From Octopus vulgaris (lineage: Eukaryota), in assembly GCA_951406725.2 (NCBI GenBank), contig OX597836.1, positions 2,480,001 to 2,544,000 on the forward strand: 64,000 nt of DNA, written 5' to 3'. The position numbers and the translations under genes are program-made. Positions within the stretch are counted from its first letter, which is position 1; the number at the start of each line of letters is the position of its first letter. The notes under the pieces are model-generated. The model made no database searches. It saw nothing but the letters and a program-made list of their open reading frames with translations, and was not told where the DNA came from. Shown here one piece after another: positions 57,745-64,000 of the stretch.

Positions 57745-58837
57745 GTGTGTGCGTGTGTATGTGTGTGTCTCGATAGTAATGACAATAGATAGTATAGGCG
57801 TGTATCGTTTCTTTCCTGTTGAAATGTCATCAGCGAAGACATAACTGCTTCTATAGTCTTTTGAAAAAACGAGTATTTATTATTTAAAGAAATAAAAATT
57901 TGAAGAGAAGCAATATTAACAATTTTTGTCATTAAATAAATTTAATTATTTCATTTCTCATTAATTCGTTATTAAAATGCCAGTAAGAAACTAAAGAGAA
58001 AATGATTTATGTATAAAACATCGAACGGCACTGAAACGCAGAGATTTAAAGTTGGAGATGAAGAGAAAGAAACATGGCGTAATGCGTAGATAACAAAGTG
58101 TACGCTAGAACGGAAGTAAAGTTTAAAATCTCTCCGGAAATTGAATCTGGACAGCAGCTGCTGCTTGAAGACATTTTATTGTATGCTTATTAAATTGCTG
58201 GGAATTTCGTGGTAATCCTTCCATTCCATTGTAAATCGTATCAAAATTGTAGTTATTATAAAGTTTCCAAGGAACTAATCCATTCTAGGTATATATACTC
58301 TAGAGAATTCTAAATCTGCTGTCGATTCTAAACTGTATGTTGTTGAACATCTTCTCTTTTCACTAAAATTGGATCTGCATATCTTCCTGTCTGTCCCTCT
58401 CCAATCTCTCTCTTTTTATACACATATATATGTGTGTGTGTGTATGTACACATATATACACGTATACATTCATCTATCTACTTCATATATGCGTTTATAT
58501 ATGTTAGTCTGTGTATGTATATGTTTGTGTATATGTGTATGTTCACATATGTATGTGTGCTTGTAGGTATATAAGTATGTAGGTATGTATAATTTCGTTC
58601 TTTTGAATGCAATAACATTTGAAAGGCTCTTAAAGTTTCGCCTGACAAACGGTTGCATAAGTTGTCAGGCGAAACATGGCGTCCACCTCAAATCAAATTA
58701 TCAAATTAGTTTCATTTTACACTTGATATTAATGACAAAATCAAAAACAACATCAACAACATTAATAATAATAAAAATACTACTACTACTAATACCACTA
58801 CTACTACTAATAATAATAATAATAAAATAATAATAAT

Positions 58838-58978
58838 GCGGTACCATATGCCCTGATACGGTACCAGACAATGGCTCTCGTGCTTCTGATCTTAACTGAT
58901 TGGAAGTGTTATCATGTACATTTTGTTTTGGTATAAAAGATGAGCTACAGCAAATATTCTGCTCAATACCACAGATTT
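58838..58978. mobile_element. Fragment of an octopus dispersed repeat (probably LINE-derived)
   Basis: gcttctgatcttaactgattggaagtgttatcatgtaca...gcaaatattctgctcaataccacagattt, flanked by (TAA)n/(TTA)n; recognised from memory. Confidence 0.5.
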
Positions 58979-58984
58979 CTTCTC

Positions 58985-59041
<57 letters not shown>

Positions 59042-59240
59042 GGAAGATCGTTACCTCGCCGGGTGAGCGAAATGATTAGCGGCATTTCGTTCGTCATTAC
59101 GTTCTCTGTTCGAATTCCGCTGCAATCGACTTTGCCTTTCGGGACTCAGTAAAAATACATACCAGTTGTTTAATGGAGTCGATGTAATCGACTTAGCTAC
59201 TGGCTCGAAACTGCTGGCCTTGTGCCAAAATCTGAATCAA
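59042..59240 (+). mobile_element. Decayed family D SINE
   Basis: ttagcggcatttcgt...gttcgaattccgc..tcgactttgcctttc...gctggccttgtgccaaaa. Confidence 0.75.
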
Positions 59241-59884
59241 TTTTCGCTGTTGTTGTTGATGTTGTTGTTACTACTATTATGACTACTATTTCTAGTAGAA
59301 GGAGAAGCCGTGGCAGAAGACGGAAATGAACAAGAAGTAAACGAAAGAGTAATGTGTATGCTCAAAAGTGTTTCATTTCTCTCTGGTTTGCTTTTGTTTA
59401 TTGCTTCAAATGGAAGTATATCAAGTTAGAATATTCGCCAGTTATGAAGTCGTTTTGTGCCGAACGACTGCAAGATGTATGGCATCTCGTAAACCATTGC
59501 AACAAGAGACACGTAAGCCTGACGCAATTAACCAACGAACATGGCTGGCATATAAACACACACACGCACATATTTCTATATACATGTATCTATGAATATA
59601 TTACAAATGATGTAGGAAGTGGTATTGCCTCAGGGGAGAGAGAAAAATCGAAGAGAAGCGCTGCTCATAGCCAGCCATGGATGAGTCGTGAGTTCTCTGC
59701 AGTGGAATCTATAAAAGAATTATGCTATGAGAATATTGCGTATGGAATATAATACCGCTATATATTTTCATCTATGTCAGCCAACAGATGTGCACATAAC
59801 AGACACACACACACAATCACACACAAAGCTGTATACTCACAATGATACATAAGCACATACGTACATATGTACATATGTATGTAT

Positions 59885-59928
<44 letters not shown>

Positions 59929-60051
59929 ATATATATACGGTGGTGTTTGTATGTATGTATATATATGTGCATGTGTATGTACATGAGTATATATATATAT
60001 ATATATACATATATATAGAGAGAGAGAAAGAGAGAGAAAGAGAAAGACATT

Positions 60052-60133
<82 letters not shown>

Positions 60134-60471
60134 CAGACAGATAGATAGATGGGGAAAAGTAGATTTGAATAAAATGTGAAAGATATATACTGAAAATTGA
60201 GTGTTGTACTATATTTTATTGGAAAGCGAAGATCCTAAATTCGTTTCTGTTTCTGGTGAAGAATGAAATCTAAGACAGATACAGGAATAAGAATGAATGA
60301 AGTTGCATCAATTTACAGCCTCCGTTTCATTGGATAATATTATAAAATTATGTCATATTTGTTCATCATATAAAACTCGCGCCCCAAATTCACATTCACA
60401 CCCGCTCACACATACGTGTATACACACACTCACACACATACAGACACACTCACACACACACACACACACAG

Positions 60472-60505
<34 letters not shown>

Positions 60506-60630
60506 TACTTTTAAGGTCGTTTCTACAGGTATTCTGCAGAAACTTTAGCCAGCATTGATTGTTTTTGCTACAACGTTTCGTATCGACAGGTCAGATGTAA
60601 AAATGAGATCGGAGGCAAGAATGGGTTAGA

Positions 60631-60680
60631 CAGTTGCTGATGAAGGGGTAACAACCCCCGAAATATGCCATATATACCCG
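60631..60680 (+). ncRNA. Minimal hammerhead motif with decayed stem I
   Basis: CTGATGA-AGGGG..CCCC-GAAA-TATG.CATA-TA. Confidence 0.5.
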
Positions 60681-62065
60681 TTACTCACTTTTGTCTCCGA
60701 TCTCAGTGCTTGTTTGGATCTGAGTGCTGGCAGTAGTTTCCATAGAATATCCGTAGCAACAACCTTACGAATAATATGGCTGCTGATGCAGTGGGGCGTG
60801 GTACTCACTTAAAAAAAAAAGTATACTTCATGATATGTTGTGTTTGTGTGTGAGCGCGTACAGTCACCTTTTTCTATCTTTCTCGGTTTTACAGACACCC
60901 GCGCAGACACAGTAAGGGAAAGAGAGAAAAAGCAGATAGAGAGAAAGAGGGAGAATGAAACAGAGAGAGAATGAGAAAGAGAAAGAGAAAGAGAGAGAAT
61001 GAGAAAGAGAAAGAGAAAGAGAGAGAATGAGAAAGAGAAAGAGAAAGAGAGAGAGAGAGAGAAATAAACTTTATACAGAAAGTATAGATAAGAAAAATGA
61101 AAACTTTTCGCACAAAAGTGAAAAGTTTGATCGGATCAGTGAGAATGTCTTATTTGAAATCGTAAATAATAAACTATTTTAAGTTGTGTAAATGATAATT
61201 TTGAAAGTCGGTGTTTTAATACGCAAATATGAAGACTGGGAGTTAAATTTAGCGATAATAGAGATGGAAAAGATACTTTAAAGAGCCTACATTTTTTAAA
61301 AGATTGCTTGAATGTCTAATATCTTTTTGGTGTTTAACCAAGCGGTTTGAAACAAATAACGGTAAGATCTAAAGCAGTAATCTTCAAACATTATTCGTTC
61401 AAGTAATTCGAGGAAGATTGAAAACAAGGCGGCTAAATGACCGAAATGACCCCAGACGTAGCTTGCATTACACGCTAGAACATTGCCACTCATGAAATTG
61501 GAGCGCTGCGTGTCTGAATTTTTCACCGTTTCATTTTAATAACACAGAAGTTTGATATATACTAAAGCGAAACACTCAAGCTGCACAAATTTGTTGCAAT
61601 TTGCTGTTTTGGTTGATTGTAGGGGTCTTGCGAAATGGTAACGTGAAGTTATTCTGCGTGTGTCTGGTCTGCTTTTAAATTTCACAGCTGCTGTCTGCCA
61701 ATGTTTTGGTTAAAGCAATTATCATTTCGTGGACAATTATACGCTCCATGGAATTACAAGCAGGAAATGATGTATTATCGTAGCTGGAATGTTCTCTGCA
61801 CTAAAGTGGTTAATTGAGCTAGAAAAATACTTAAAACAAAAAAATATATTTGATTGTACTAAAGATCCTGCGATATCTATTGTCAGACTGGAGATGAAAA
61901 ATAATTAGATTAAAGATTCTTTGGCGATATTTTTTCTTTTGCATTTATGCTTAAATTTAGATTCTATCTTAGTATATTCCAAAACCTATTATTACGTATC
62001 AGAGGGTTCAAAATAGCATATTAAATTTGATCTAACATCGAACATTATAAACACTTTTATATTTA

Positions 62066-62212
62066 AGACATGAGGAATTATGTACATTATTTATATTATT
62101 TACATTTGACCGATATTTGTCCACATCTTGTTTGTTGTCAACACAACATTTCGGCTGATGTACCCTCCAGCCTTCATGAGGTGTCTTGGGGAAATTTCAA
62201 ACCTGGGTATTT
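62066..62212 (-). mobile_element. Penelope-like repeat with a mutated minimal hammerhead (62140-62185)
   Basis: GACAC-CTCATGA-AGGCTG..CAGCC-GAAATGTT-GTGTT; stems I and II are intact but the core G is mutated. Confidence 0.7.
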
Positions 62213-62225
62213 TTCGATGTTGTTG

Positions 62226-62302
<77 letters not shown>

Positions 62303-62724
62303 GCAACAACAACATCAGACACTTCGCCAACGATCATCCCCTTCATCTAAAGCCCTGTAGCCGTCATCTCTGCAGCTGTAGCGATTGTGTTTATGGCCTT
62401 CATTTCTGCTGCAGCATTAACTCCAAGCCTAGTCCGAGCTTTGCAGAATGAACACCCTAAAGGCACATGTATGTGACTATAATATGACAGGATATCATAT
62501 TGTGAAATATGCATTATTAATTAAACTGGAGAAGGCTTTTTTAGCGAAGTTTGGAAACACATCGGAATAGGTTGTGAAAGATTGGACATGACTCATGCAG
62601 GTAGCTTCAACGCCTGTTTCCATACCGTATTATGTCTCTGCGTAGGCATAACAATATGTGCGTATCTAGCTATAGCAATACTATCGACCTATCATTTATC
62701 TCTTTGTGTGCCCATATCTATCAG

Positions 62725-62791
<67 letters not shown>

Positions 62792-62820
62792 GCCTATCTA
62801 TCTATCCATCTATCTATCTA

Positions 62821-63520
62821 CACGTGTGGGACGAGTCGGTTTATCAGCTGAGTCTATCGTCAATATTGTCACGCCTCCTTCCTTCAAACGGGAAGGAAGA
62901 GCTATTTTCATCATCCTTGTGGCTATGGCGAAAGAATGTATCTGGTGGACGCGTCTGAAAGGATTGGAGACAAACACTTTCCTCTCTGGTCAATCTCTCA
63001 TCAACTTCTTCAAGTACCACTTGAAAAGGAAAGTGAGAGTAGAGAGGTAAGTTTTGTCTAGCGAATGTTTTAAAAAAAGATGGGTGAATGTAGCAAGAAT
63101 GGCACGTATGAATGACGAAGCCACCTTGAGCATGATCCTATGAACCCAGAAATCGAAAACAGAGAGTTGCTTATTTGCAAAAAAAAAAAAAAAAGAAATA
63201 TAAAATGTGACTGCATTGACCGAGGTTACCGTGGTCTTTTCCGTAGGCTTTTCTTTCCACGGGTAAACCTCACCTGTCCTCCCCTTTACACTTCATATTG
63301 ACATTTCTGTGATAACGATCCCTATTGATCAATTTATTTTTTCCTCTCCCCCTTTTTTTTAACCCCCCTTTTTTGTCCTCTTTCTCTCCTTTTACGATCC
63401 CTTTTGATCGAAACTCCCCCTTCCTTTTTTTTTTTTTTTTTTAACCCTTCAAAAGAAAAGCTCTACCTTGTAATTTGTTCTATCTGTGTGCAGCCCTGTG
63501 TGGCTAATAAAGAAACATAT
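62821..63520 (+). mobile_element. 5'-truncated Tx1/L1-type LINE (ORF2 C-terminus plus 3' UTR)
   Basis: RVGRVGLSAESIVNI...LVAMAKECIWWTR...YHLKRKVRVER*...FKKRWVNV, then a pyrimidine-rich UTR and AATAAA; inserted in (TCTA)n. Confidence 0.8.
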
Positions 63521-64000
63521 CTAACATCTAAATCTCATATGTCATCTATTTATCTATCTATCGAATCATCTATTATTTATCTATTCATCTTCCAGTGTGT
63601 GTACTTATCTACTTATGTATGTATGTATGTATGTATGTATGTATGTATGTACGTATGTATGTATGTATGTACGTATGTATGTAAGTGTGTATGTATGCAT
63701 TGACGCATGCATACATAATCATAGAATGACAAGGAAACAAAATATATATAATATGCTTTCTATATAGTCATACGTATATTGTGTGTATACATACATATAT
63801 AAATACATATATAAATACATATATATGTATGCATGCATATATATTTGTGTGTATGCATGCACATGTATGTATATGCACGTACGTATATAGTGTATCCATA
63901 TGAATATTAGAATATAGAGAGAGCGACAGCGTATATCCTGCTACTTTTCTCCGTGTACTAGTCGTTCCAAAGATGATATATGGAAGAGACTGGACGATCA

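Noticed and set aside
61480-61510. ATHEIG, resembling a metalloprotease HExxH motif, on the plus strand
   Set aside because: The second His is absent, stops flank it, there is no supporting context, and it is on the opposite strand to the pseudogenes.

Overview
AT-rich eukaryotic genomic DNA, almost certainly from an octopus (coleoid cephalopod), judged from dense (TA)n/(CA)n/(TAGA)n/(TACA)n/trinucleotide microsatellites and octopus-type tRNA-derived CORE and Nin-domain SINEs. Nearly all ORFs in the supplied track are microsatellite artefacts, and I found no intact protein-coding gene. Reading the unique sequence by hand gave three main results. (1) Two tandem, minus-strand, intron-containing but heavily decayed copies of a molluscan ADAM/ADAMTS-like (M12B, reprolysin) metalloprotease gene, at ~0.7-23.6 kb and ~45.3-55.5 kb. 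Their exons come in the expected order and match each other, and both have lost the HExxHxxGxxH zinc motif. (2) Several minimal type I hammerhead-ribozyme motifs of the kind carried by Penelope-like elements, one with an intact core. (3) A duplicated promoter-like element and a 125-bp foldback. Transposon relics include a Penelope RT, a maT/DD37D transposase, RTE and Tx1/L1 LINE ends and a Tigger-like MITE. All family assignments come from visual comparison with remembered consensus motifs, not from database searches.
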